The position numbers were made by a program, and so were the translations under genes. Of a stretch of 64,000 nucleotides of DNA, positions 23,034 through 35,400 are shown one piece after another; the first letter of the stretch is position 1; every line of letters begins with the position of its first letter. Below the pieces are notes generated by a model that ran no database searches, was not told the origin of the DNA, and was given only the letters and a program-made list of their open reading frames with translations. Origin of the DNA: Takakia lepidozioides (taxonomy: Eukaryota > Plantae > Bryophyta); NCBI GenBank assembly GCA_030704615.1, contig CM060732.1, forward strand, positions 13,950,001-14,014,000, given 5' to 3'.

Positions 23034-26000
23034 ATGGATTCAAATGGAGTTGTAGTCGAAAGTATTGTTGTGCTCCAGGACGATTTCGGCGATGGCAGGG
23101 AATGGTGAGTTCCACCATCGGACAACGTCATATACAGGGCTGTTGGAGACTTCATTTTCCTGCCTTGAATGCGCCTTCTTGTCGCCCGCCTTCCACGAAA
23201 GAATCCGCGAATATGAGAGTTGGAACCTCGAAGACAGAATTCCGCAACAAAGATAATCCAAAGGCGACGCCATCACTGAAGGTGAGCGAGAACACGGTTG
23301 TTCACAACCTCTCCGACTCAGATGAGGTCATGGAAGTTCCAAGATCATCCTGGAGATCAGGCAAGTTGTCAGTGGACATTAGTGGAGGAGGATGTCATAT
23401 TCCCTCTACGACCTCAGCAACTCGATCCATTCTTGATGTCGCGGCCCTTCGCCTTGAGGGCAGGGGGTCGGGACACGAGAGGGGCTGCCCCTGTGGTGGG
23501 GGCAGTGGCAACAATAGATGCGGTGGCTAAAGCACCCTTGAGTGCCCAAGGCACTCAAGGAGGCGGAGGCGCTCACTAGGTGGAGCCCCGCACACTGGGT
23601 TGCGGTGGGGGGTGGTTCCACGAGGGGTGGTGGTAGCTTAGTGGGACTTAGTGGGGGTGACATAGGACTCACCATGGGGGCGGAGACCTTGTGGTGGGAG
23701 TCGTGGGGAGTCTTGGGACTCATCACGGTCCAATGGGACCGTGGTGAGTGGGCCAAGACTCACCGCGACTCATCACCGGGAATCGAGGGTTTTCGTGGTG
23801 GTTCGCCATAAAATGGCATGGTTGTTTGTGAAACCCCCGCGGACAATCACAGAAGTATAGGGAGTAGTAACCCCAAGAACGGTGCAAGCCCGTTGGTGAC
23901 AAAAAACTAGTGAGTAAGCGTGCGAGCCGGAAAGCGACCAGGGTGTGGGGAGCTATTCCGGACTGCCATTGACCAAAGGGAATTTCCACTAGGCCCAAAT
24001 TGGGAGAGGGTCTTGTGGAGGAGTAAAGGGGGACCGTTATGTCCCTGTGAGCAGCCAAAGCTCCGAGTTGGCCCGGCGGCCAGTTAGGGAGTTAGGCGCG
24101 CGCATCAGAGCGAGTAACTATGACTTGAAGGGGAGCTTACCGAAGTGAGGTGCGCGACACTTGATATTCTACGAGGGCTGCACAAGGACGGACACCGCTC
24201 CGAGCTGGCTGCGCTAAACTACAACAATCAAATCAGTAACATATCTTCCCCCAGACGTCGACGGCAATCTCATTTTTGAGTTCCCTCCTTGCCCGGACAA
24301 TAACACAACGTCCGGAATGTTGACAGGTATGGATAGGAAACATGATGGGCACCCTTGGTGCGTGACCAGAACCACCAGCATGAAGATGATCGATGGTGTG
24401 CGGGTGTGGTACGTTCTGTGTGTGGGCGCGCTGCGGTATTTTTCCTCAACCTGCTTCCACTATAAATCCAAAGGTCAAAGGAATGAGACGGATTGGACAG
24501 GCACAGCTCCTCAACCCTTCCGAGCTCAAGAGAAGGTTCCAAACTCCACATTTAAGTGCGCGCATTGCAAAGAACCACCAGTTTGCATGTCTGCTTGTAA
24601 TGCCAAGTAGTGTGTGCCACCTTTTGCCAGATCTCACACGAGCTTGCATACACATTGGTGTGCACTGTCACAAATTGGCGAGGGGGAACTTGCAGGAGGC
24701 TGCCCAGGAGGCAGAGCAGCTCATTTAGGAGGAGGTCAAGTTGAGACCTGGTGCCAAACCCAAACAGATACAGCTGCAGGCCGCCCACAAGATGGCATTG
24801 AGCAGAATAATGTCGGAAGATGGCTCCGACAGACTTTCTCTGGATGAGAAGGAAATGGAGGCATTGCTGGAGTCGGTGTCCCACGTCTGCTCCCCCAGTG
24901 TTTGCAACCATATTGTGTCCTACAAGCAGAAAATTGGGCGAGGATCGGATATGCAGTCCATTCTGGAGGTGAAGCGATGATGTGGATATGACTACATTCA
25001 TGGAAGTCGTTTTCCAGGACAAGGGAGTGAGGCAGGTCGTTGTTTCATCTTCAAAATGTCCATGTGTGGGCCTGGCAGCGGCATGGAGCTGGTCCACCGG
25101 ATGACAAGTGGAGACTTGTCAAACAATTGGGTCATGTTCGACCATATCAAGCGCATTACAAATCACTAGTGGGTGACAATGGGTGCACATGTCTACGACA
25201 CCCGCTGCAAGATGCTAATGACCATTGCTATTTGTGAGTTGAAAAGGGAGGACACACAATCCGAGATGCATCTTTGGCACGGAATAAATGAGCAGATGGC
25301 CAGGGCGGGATTACCCCCGCCGAATTTCCGTGGTTTCATGGCGGACAACGCACAAGCAAATTGGGCTGCAGTGCGAAGGGTGTATGGGGAAGACCCGAAT
25401 AATCCAATGGAAGGAAATGAGAGATCTTGTGGGTTCCATTTTCTGCAGAGCTTGTCGCAGTACACAGATAGACTCGTGGCGCCAGAATTCAGAGAGCGCC
25501 GCCGTTCCATGTGTCTTACATGGAAGAATGCTGCCACCTTGGATGATGCAGAGACAGAGTTTGCATGTATACGGGCTTGGTGGACAACGTCAGGTGTTGT
25601 AAAGAAATTAGACGAGGGAGCAAAGGTCAGTTGGCTTGCATGGTGGCATTATCGCTTCCTCCAGTTTGGCGAGTATATGCAGGAGGTGAGTTTAACGATT
25701 TCACGTCCCCAAGAATATTATGGTTGTCAAGCTTTGTAAGTTGCTTCTAACCTGTGAATGTGCATGCAGAGGAGATGTGTCTGGACTCCGACACCGACAT
25801 GCCCGACAACAAACATGGCCGAATCAGTGCATTCTTCATGGCGTGTGTCCTCTGCGGCGCATCTGGTGGACATCCTCACTGCCACAACGGAGGACATTGT
25901 GAGATCAATCATGCAGCAATGCAGATACAACGAGTTCTTGAAAGGGAAATAGTGGGGCTTGGGGCCGGACAGATAGGAAATGCTGATGAGGAGTGTCTCC

Positions 26001-26365
26001 AGATCCAAAAATCCTCGAAAGTGGGCAGCAGCCTTGCGGAGAGGCCTTCGAGACACGCCATTGCTTCGAAGAGGCGAGCACTTGGAAAGAGATGTGAGAT
26101 GACGACTTGACGAGCCACCGGGCGGAGAAGAAGATTCGTGGCAAGCTGACAAAAATATTCGCACGGTCCCTCGAGGTCCGGTAATGTTGCCCGAGGACAT
26201 CTCCTCCAGCATCGCAAGCTCTGCACGTTCCAGATCGTCATCTCCTTTGAGCACAGTGCACGTGCCCGATGAACATTCCGAGCCATCTGTTGTCACGCAG
26301 TACAACATACCCATTGTCGAAGAGTGTCGGAGTCACAGTGGAGAATTGCAAAGACAATGCCTGGA
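23034..26365 (+). pseudogene. MULE (MuDR-type) transposase, copy A; solo-LTR insertion, stops, SWIM exon deleted
   Basis: Cys/His-rich N-terminal region (CAHC..C..C..CIHIGVHCH); WVMFDH; FRGFMADNAQANW; ERSCGFHFLQS (CxxH); TTNMAESVHSSW (catalytic E); intron ~25686-25769. Start approximate. Confidence 0.88.
23437..24159 (+). mobile_element. Solo LTR of the chromovirus family
   Basis: TG...CA ends with TSD CTTGA (23432-23436, 24160-24164); the transposase sequence rejoins and matches copy B at ~32297-32330. Confidence 0.96.
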
Positions 26366-26479
26366 TTTCGAGGCTATTGAGATCCACTGGCAGTTCAATG
26401 TCGAAACAAAATCCAAAAGAAGATGACGGCAAGATGAATTTGCAGAAGTACCCAAAAAATTGAGTATTAGTTGTGGGGG

Positions 26480-26959
26480 CCATTTCTAGAAATATGGCGC
26501 CGAATTTCCAGATTTTGGGCCCAAAACTGGCTAAGTCCCAGCATGTCTGGGAAACATGTAATGAAAAATGGTGCCAAATTTCCAGTAATGTGGCCAAAAA
26601 GTTCCAAATATCTGTGCACTTGTAGGCACCATCTCCCGAAATTCGGCGCCGCATTTCCAATTCCTGCGCCAACTTACTTGAATGGCAGGGACCTATAGCT
26701 CCAAAATTCGGCATCATTTTTCGGGTCAGCACCTATTACCACGAAATTCGGCACCATTTTAACTGAGGTCGCTCGCATTTTCCATGAGCGCAAGAAAATT
26801 TCTCATGAGCACTCCTCCAAAAACTTCAATTTCACTTTCACACAATCTATATTATAACATTATTTAACTGACACAATCCATTAAAAATATTTTTTTTAAA
26901 TATTTTTAAATCCAAAAAATTCTGCTCATGCCGCTCATGCTCATGAAATAGCTAACCTC
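26480..26959 (+). repeat. MULE subterminal region and TIR (transposase-side end, element Y)
   Basis: Several GGCGCC-core palindromes, AT-rich stretch, GCTCATG repeats, terminus CATGAAATAGCTAACCTC. Confidence 0.85.
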
Positions 26960-27306
26960 GTCTAAGGTATGGGTATGGAACACTTTTTGTGGCTAAGCTT
27001 TTGCCGAGTTGAAGCAGCGGATGGCGGAAGCTCCAGTCTTGAAGATCCTGGAGTTCGACCGTCCATTTGAGATTCACACGGATGCGTCGGACTTCGCAAT
27101 TGGGGGTGTGCTAATGCAGGAGGGATGTCCAGTGACTTACAAAAGTAAGAAACTGAATGAAGTGGAGCGACGGTGGCCTACGCATGAGAAAGAAATGAAA
27201 GCGGTGGTGCACTGCCTTGAGCTTTGGCGACACTATGTTAGCTCCAACCCGGTGAAGGTATTCGCGGACAATGTCACAGTGAAGTATTTTGCCACACAGC
27301 CTAAGT
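26960..27306 (+). pseudogene. Older gypsy RT-RNase H fragment (piece 3 of the MULE target)
   Basis: [35 protein letters not shown], then cut by an LTR. Confidence 0.92.
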
Positions 27307-30300
27307 TGTCGCGGCCCTTTGCCTTGAGGGCAGGGGGTCGGGACACATGAGGGGCTGCCCTTGTGGTGGGGGCAGCGGCAGCGATAGGTATGGGGGGCTG
27401 AAGCACCCTTGAGTGCCCAAAGCACTCAAGGAGGCGGAGGCGCTCACTAGGTGGAGCCCCGCACACCGGGTTGCGGTGGGGTGGCTCCACAAGGGGTGGT
27501 GGTAGTAGCTTAGCGGGACTTAGTGGGGGTGGCATAGGACTCACCATGGGGGCGGAGACCTCGTGGTGGGAGTCGTGGGGAGTCTTGGGACTCATCACGG
27601 TCCATAGGGGCCGTGGTGAGTGGGCCAAGACTCACCGCGACTCTCATCACGGGAGTCAGGGGTTTTCGTGGTGGTTCGCCATAAAATGGCATGGCTGGTT
27701 GTGAAACCCCCGCGGACAGCTACAGAAGTATATATAGGGAGTAGTAACCCGAGAACGGTGCAAGCCCGTTGGTGACCAAAAACTAGTGAGTAAGCGAACG
27801 AGCCGGAAAGCGACCAAAGAGTGGGGAGCTGTTCCGGACTGCCAACTACCAAAGGGAATTCCTGCTGGTTCCAAATCGGTGGAGGGTTCTTTGGGAAAAA
27901 CAAAGGGGGACCGTTATGCCCCGGTGAGCAGCCGAAGCTCCAAGTTGGCCCGGCGGCCAGGTTGGGAGTCAGGCGCACGCATCAAAGCGAGTAACTATGA
28001 CTTGAGGGGGAGCTTACCGAAGGTGCGCGACACTTGGTATCAGAGCTTAGAGTTCAGTACGCGATCGTCCTTGGGATTGGCCTCATCATGGGGTCGGGCA
28101 AGCCGAAGCGAGCAGAACGGCCCAAAAGATGATGATCCTGGTGAGCCCAATGGGGGCGACGTGTCACTGAGGCGGCCGTTTGAGGAAGCGATGCATGTTT
28201 CCGAAAACGAAGCCGCTCAAGAGCGGGAGGAATCCAAGGAGTCGGAGCCCGAGGAATCCTTGAGAGCTCCGACAAACCAAGAGATGCCTCCCATGCCGGT
28301 AGCCTTTTGGAAAGGGTTGTTGGCGCAGTTTGGCGGACGTTGAAAGACGTGTTGAAGGCGGCTAATGCCACTTCCACTAAGGCAAAGTTTAAGGTGAAGC
28401 CTAAGGAACCCGGCACCTTCGAGGGCGTCCAAAATCGGAAGGCACTCAACACCTGGCTCCTGGAGCTAGAGGAGTACTTCCGGGCGGCCAAGTTGAGTGA
28501 CGAGGATCGGGTGGAAGTGGCTCCCACCTATTTGAGGGGCTATGCTCAACAATGGTGGTAGAAACGCCTTCACGACCGAGGTCCAAGCCCGGAAACCTTG
28601 AACTGGAGTGATTCAAGGAATTGATGAAGAGACAGTTTGTGCCCCTCAACGCGTCCTGGCTTGCCCGGGACAAGATGAGGAATTTGAAGCAAACAGATGA
28701 CATTCGGGGGTATGTCCAGGCTTTCAATGTGCTGTTGCTCGAAGTCGCGGACATGGCAGAACCAGAAATGGTCTTCAACTTTTGGCGGGACTGGCCCCAT
28801 GGGCCAGGCGGAAGTTGGAGGAGAAGCCACCAAGACTTTGAACGAGGCAATTGAGAGGGCTGAATGTTTCTCGGATGTCCCTAGGGGTAAGAGACAAGGC
28901 CGTACGGAGCTGAACCCAAGAAGACCCGGCGGGAAGGTGACTCCTTCCGACCGGAAAAGAAGTGGGATAGGCCACGCGGACAATGGCACGTGGAAATCGA
29001 AGGGAGGGCCTTCACACGCAAGGCGGCACCTGGTGCTTCGAAAGGAAAAGCGGGTGGAGCGGCTTATGGCGGACAGAAGGCGACCTTTGATGGAGTGTGT
29101 TTCAATTGCGGGGAGCCCGGGCACATGGTCAAGAAGTGCACGAAACCTCGACAATTGAACATGATTCGGGCAACCACGGAGCTGTCGGAAGATACCATCA
29201 GTCGCTTGGTGGAAGCGGTGGTCGCCAGGACTTGCAAGGTAGGCAAATTTTCTTGTGAGTTGTATCAGGAAACTGGCGCCCTGCGTAAAGGGAGTCAGTT
29301 ATTGTTCGTGGATGGGATAATATCCGGAACTAACGCTGTCGTTGTTGGTGACACAGGAGCGTCGCACTCTTCATGACACCCGGCAAACGGCACAAAGAGC
29401 TGGGACTCCCGACAAGTGTGTGGGGGCCTCTATCTGAGGTGCATTCTGCCAAAGGAGAACCGCAATTGGCGAAAGGCTTGGTTTGATGTTCCTCTTCAAC
29501 TGGGGAGTTGGGAGGGACGTGAGAACTTCACCATCTGCGAGATCGATGGAGTGGATCGCATTTGGGGATGACCTTTTTGAGCAAATCCGGAGCGGTCATA
29601 GATGGCCGCAAGAGAGTAGTAGTCTGCCATGTGGGAATGGGTGGCGAGGTCTTACGAGTGTCGGAAATGCCCCAAGCCGTGGGAGGAGGGGAAATAAGAT
29701 TTCTGTAGCAAGGGAGGGGCCGTGAGGAGGCACACGAGCCCCAGTTTTTGCTCTACAATTAGAGAAGTGAAGGGAGAAGGCGATGGGGAGCCGAGCCCGA
29801 TTTGGATTAAGGGGATTGGAGAAATACAGGCTGTGATGCCGGAATGGATTTACAAGGCTTGCCAACGAAGAGGAGTTGACAATAAGTGATACCGGGATCG
29901 GAAAACCGCCTGCCAATGCACCCTACCGGTTGAGCCACAAGGAGTTGGTCGAGCTGAAGACTCAGCTCAAGGTCTAATGTCAAAGGGGTACATCCGGTGA
30001 GTAGTCACCTTACGGAGACCCGGTGCTATTCGCAGACAAGAAAGATGGGACGCTGCGGATGTGTGTCGATTACAGGGCTTTGAAAAGGTGACTATTAAAA
30101 ACCGGTACCCTTTGCCAAGGATCGACGACCTTTTCGACCGGTTGGCAGGAGCGAAGTATTTCAGCCGGATCAACTTGCGCTCCGGCTATCATCAAATTCG
30201 GGTGGCGGAAGGAGATGAGGAGAAGACCGCGTGCAGGACAAGGTATGGTTCATATGAGTTCTTGGTGATGCCTTTTGGGCTCACCAATGCACCTGCAACC

Positions 30301-30625
30301 TTTAGCACGCTGATGAATAGCCTTTTTCAGGAGTGGTTGGATGACTTTTGTGATCGTGTACATCGACGACATCTTGGTGTACTCGAAAACAAAGGAGGAG
30401 CACTTGGAGCACCTCAAAAGGGTGTTCCAAAAGTTGCGGGAAGGGAAGCTGTACGCCAAAGCTTCAAAGTACGAATTCGGGGTCACGAAAGTGGAGTTCC
30501 TGGGGCATGTGATTACACAGGATGGGATCAAAATGGATGACAGAAAGGTGAGGGCGATCTTGGACGGAAGCCTCGGACTTCGGTCCCGGGAGTGCGATCC
30601 TTCCTAGGACTCGCCTCCTATTACC
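27307..30625 (+). mobile_element. 5' half of a chromovirus copy (LTR 27307-28032, PBS, gag, PR, RT), truncated
   Basis: LTR, PBS, gag and RT motifs; ends abruptly at GLASYY. Confidence 0.93.
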
Positions 30626-32089
30626 AGTTGAAGACCATTTCTGGTTCTGCCATGTCCGCGACTTCGAGCAACAGCACATTGAAAGCCTGGACGTATCCCC
30701 GAATGTCATCTGTTGTTTGCTTCAAATTCCTCATCTTGTCCCGGGCAAGCCAGGACGCGTTGAGGGGCACAAACTGTCTCTTCAACAATTCCTTGAACCC
30801 ACTCCAGTTCAAGGTTTCCGGACTTGGACCTCGGTCGTGAAGGCGTTTCTGCCACCATTGTTGAGCATAGCCCCACAAATAGGTGGGAGCCACTTCCACG
30901 CGATCCTCGTCACTCAACTTGGCCGCCCGGAAGTACTGCTCCAGCTCCAAGAGCCAGGTGTTGAGTGCCTTCCGATTTTGGACGCCCTCGAAGGTGCCGG
31001 GTTCCTTAGGCTTCACCTCAAACTTTGCCTTAGTGGAAGTCGCATTAGCCGCCTTCAACACGTCTTTCAACGTCCGCCAAACTGCGCCAACAACCTTCCC
31101 AAAAGGCTGCCGGCATGGGAGGCATCTCTTGGTTTATCGGAGCTCTCAAGGATTCCTCGGGCTCCGACTCCTGGATTCCTCCCGCTCTTGGGCGGCCTTG
31201 TTTTCGGAAACATGCATCGCTTCCTCAAACGGCCGCCTTGGTGACACGCCGCCCCCATCGGGCTCATCGGGATCATCATCTTTTGGTCCGTTCCGCTTTC
31301 GCTTCGGCTTGCCTGACCCCATGATGAGGCCAATCCCAAGGACGATCGCATACTGAACTCTAAGCTCTGATACCAAGTGTCACGCACCTCAATTCGGTAA
31401 ACTCCCCTTCAAGTCATAGTTACTCGCTTTGATGCGCGCGCCTGACTCCCAACCTGGCCGCCGGCCAACTTGGAGCTTCGGCTGCTCACCGGGACATAAC
31501 GGTCCCCCTTCGCTTCCCTCTAAACCCTCCACCTAATTGGGACTAGGAGAATTCCCTTTGGTAGATGGCAGTCCGGAACATCTCCCACTCTTTGGTCGCT
31601 TTCCGGCTCGCTCGCTTACTCACTAGTTTTTGGTCACCAACGGGCTTGCACCGTTCTCGGGGTTACTACTCCCTATATATACTTCTGTAACTGTCCGCGG
31701 GGGTTTCACAACTAGCCATGCCATTTTATGGCGAACCACCACGAAGACCCTCGATTCCCGGTTGTGAGTCGCGGTGAGTCTTGGCCCGCTCACCACGGCC
31801 CCTATGGACCGTGATGAGTCCCAAGACTCCCCACGACTCCCACCACGAGGTCTCCGCCCCCATGGGTATGCCACCCCCACTAAGTCCCACTAAGCTACCA
31901 CCACCCCTTGTGGAGCCACCCCGCAACCCGGTGTGGCGGGGCTCCACTAGTGAGCGCCTCCGCTTCCCTGAGTGCCTTGGGCACTCAAGGGTGCCTCAGC
32001 CCCCATACCTATCGCTGGCGCTGCCCCCACCACAGGGGCAGCCCCTCATGTGTCCCGACCCCCTGCCCTCAAGGCAAAGGGCCGCGACA
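30626..32089 (-). mobile_element. 5' fragment of another chromovirus copy (LTR 31378-32089, PBS, partial gag), inverted
   Basis: gag stops at EPEMVFN; the LTR abuts transposase copy B. Confidence 0.93.
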
Positions 32090-32461
32090 GAGTGGGTACC
32101 TCAAAGAGAGAAGTCTGCAACGAAGTATATCCAGAGCTGAACCCATCAATGAAGACGAGCGAGAACCGGGTTGTTCACAACCTGTCCGACTCCGACGAGG
32201 TCATGGAAGTTCTGAGATCATCCTGGAGATCAAGCAAGTCCTCAATGGACATCAGCGGAGGAGGGAGTCATATTCCCAGCACGAACACAGCAGTTCGATC
32301 CATTCTTGAAATTCTGCGAGGGCTTCACATGGAGGGACACCGCTCGGAGCTGGCTAGGCTCGACTACAACAAGTTCGCAATTAAATCCGTTACATGCCTT
32401 CCCGCAGACGTTGACGGTAATATGTTCTTTGAGTTCCTTCCTCGAACGGACTATTCGAGGG

Positions 32462-35400
32462 TGTCACGCACCTCACTTCGGAAAGTTCCCCTTCAAGTCA
32501 TAGTTACTCGCTTTGATGCGCGCGCCTGACTCCCAACCTGGCCGCCCGGGCCAACTTGGAGCTTTGGCTGCTCACCGGGACATAACGGTCCCCCCTTTGC
32601 TTCCCTCTAAACCCTCCACCTAATTGGGACTAGGAGAATTCCCTTTGGTAGATGGCAGTCCGGAACAGCTCCCCACTCTTTGGTCGCTTTCCGGCTCGCT
32701 CGCTTACTCACTAGTTTTTGGTCACCAACGGGCTTGCACCGTTCTCGGGGTACTACTCCCTATATATACTTCTGTAGCTGTCCGCGGGGTTTCACAACCA
32801 GCCATGCCATTTTATGGCGAACCACCACGAAAACCCTCGACTCCCGGTGATGAGTCGCGGTGAGTCTTGGCCCGCTCACCACGGCCCCTATGGACCGTGA
32901 TGAGTCCCAAGACTCCCCACGACTCCCACCACGAGGTCTCCGCCCCCCATGGTGAGTCCTATGCCACCCCCACTAAGTCCCGCTAAGCTACCACCACCCC
33001 TTGTGGAGCCACCCCCACCGCAACCCGGTGTGCGGGGCTCCACCTAGTGAGCGCCTCCGCCTCCTGAGTGCCTTGGGCACTCAAGGGTGCTTCAGCCCCC
33101 ATACCTATCGCTGCCGCCGCCCCCACACAGGGGCAGCCCCTCATGTGTCCCGACCCCCTGCCCTCAAGGCAAAGGGCCGCGACACACACCCTACCAACAG
33201 GGAGTCGATGTCCTCATCGACTTGTCCATTTTGTAGAAACGAACATCCAAGTTGTGGCGTCCCACATCAAGGAGTTTGTTTCCGTACCATGGCGTCCCAT
33301 GGCAAAGAACCAAACCCCACACTTGACTCTACTCTCCACTAGCTAGTTCGGCCGACTTCCTCCAAGTCCCGGCCAAGGGTGGAGCCTCTCCAGCTCCTCC
33401 CAGTGCACTCTTCTTGGCCTACTTCAAGGCCAAGGAACGATCCTCCCCGAGGATCGAATCGCCTTACTGCAACAACATTGCTTGCGATCGCTCATGATGC
33501 CGCTTTTGGCATCACCTTGAGCAAGGGTTCACCTGGAACCCTCTTTGACTAGGAAGATAACCTTGAACCAACCGTGCGCCCCAATCACTACAATTGGGTC
33601 CGCCTTGGAATGCTGGCCTGAGGTACGGGAACACGCCGAAGCCGCACTACGACTTCGTCCCGAGGCTACACGATTATAGTACGTGAACGGAAGCACGTAG
33701 CTTCCGCGTTAGCCCGCACTACAAGGCAACCCCCTCGGTAGCGCAGTTATAGTACGCGCACGCCAGGTGCGCACTAGCACGTGAACTCCCAAAGAAGGCG
33801 CAAGTTTCCTTGCCCCTTGGATGGGAGTCACCCGATTTCGGCACTGCGCAAACACACGATTAACCCAATTTACCTCTCCACTTTTGTAAGCTAGCATGCA
33901 TTCTACACACTAGCCAACCACACCATGCATCACCATTCCAAACAAATAGGACGCACAATATTTGGAACCCATTTCCTTTATAACAAATTTTTGTACAATA
34001 CAAGTTTTTGCAATCGGATTCCTGAGCTAGCTAACCGGGCTAAGCATGCATTTCCTCCCCCACGCTCCAAGGTTGATGTCCCCATCAACGCTTCTTCCGC
34101 TTTTGAGGTCGCCCTTCGAAAGCTGCAACCGCCTCGGATGCGTTTCCCATTTCTGAGGCACGCACCCAAGATGCCTCCACATGATGATAGCCCTTCCATT
34201 TGACGAGATACTCCGTTTCTCGGTTCTGAACCTCCTCGACTTAAGTATTGCCTCCACCTCGTACTCAGGTTCATTTTCATGATCCAACAGCATAGGTGGC
34301 GGACGCAACACTTGATGCCGATTCGGACGCGCTTCATCTTTGAAGTAAGGCTTCAAAAGGGAGACATGGAATACTGGGTGCACCTTGCTGTTTGCCGGCA
34401 GCTCCAATTCATACACATCCTCATTCATAACCTTCCGAATGCGAAAGGGTCCCGCATACGGAGGTACGAACTTCGGACTCACTTCCGGAGGTAGTCGGAA
34501 ATTCTTGATGTTCAACCAGACCTCTGTGCCTGCCTCAAACTTCACTTCCCTCCGCTTCCGATTCGCCTGCCTTTCATACCGTTTCCTAGCTTTGGCAATG
34601 TTGTACTTTGCGAGCTTCAACAAACGCTCGCGTTCTTCCAGTACCGCCGCTATTGCCGGTTTCCTCAACGTCCTGGGCGGCCCAACTTGTCGGCACCAGA
34701 GGTGCTTTTCCATAGACCAACAGCGAAAGGGGAAACTCTCGTTGCGGAGTGTTCTGTGTTATTATAACAGAACTCTGCCGCGTCTAAGTGTTCCATCCAG
34801 TCTGATTGGTCTGCCGACACGTAATTCCGCAAGAATTGCTTCACTACGGAATTCACTCTTTCCGTTTGGCCGTCCGTCGTAGGTCGGAAGGCGGTGCTCA
34901 TCTTCAGCCTCGTCCCCATCTTCTTCCAAAGTGTCCTCCAAAATTTACTCGTAAACTTTGGATCGCGATCCGAGACAATATCCTTCGGGACTCCATGATG
35001 CTTTAAGACGTGGGCGAAGTAAAGTCGCCCTGTCTCCTGTGCCGTTGCCGTCTCCTTGGTGGGGATGAAATGGCCCATTTTACTGAACCTATCCACCACC
35101 ACCATGATTGCATCGAATCCTTTTGACAGGCATAGCAGTCATGAAATCCATCGAGACGCTTTCCCAAGTCCCCTCTGGAATGGCAAGGGTTGTAACAGCC
35201 CCGCTTGCTTTTTTGTACTCGCTCCGGTTTTGTTGGCATGTGGTGCATGTCTTGACATACTCCTCTGCCTCCTCCCTCAGTTTGGGCCAGAAATACTCTT
35301 TCTTCAAGAGTGCCGCAGTGCGCTTGGCTCCGCCGTGGCCCGCAAGCGGGCTATCATGGCATTCTCTCAAGAGGCTATCTCTGATCCCTCCCCTCGGCAC

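Noticed and set aside
24160-24170. Apparent PBS after the LTR at 23437-24159 (CTTGATATTC)
   Set aside because: CTTGA is the TSD and the sequence continues the transposase gene, so this is a solo LTR.
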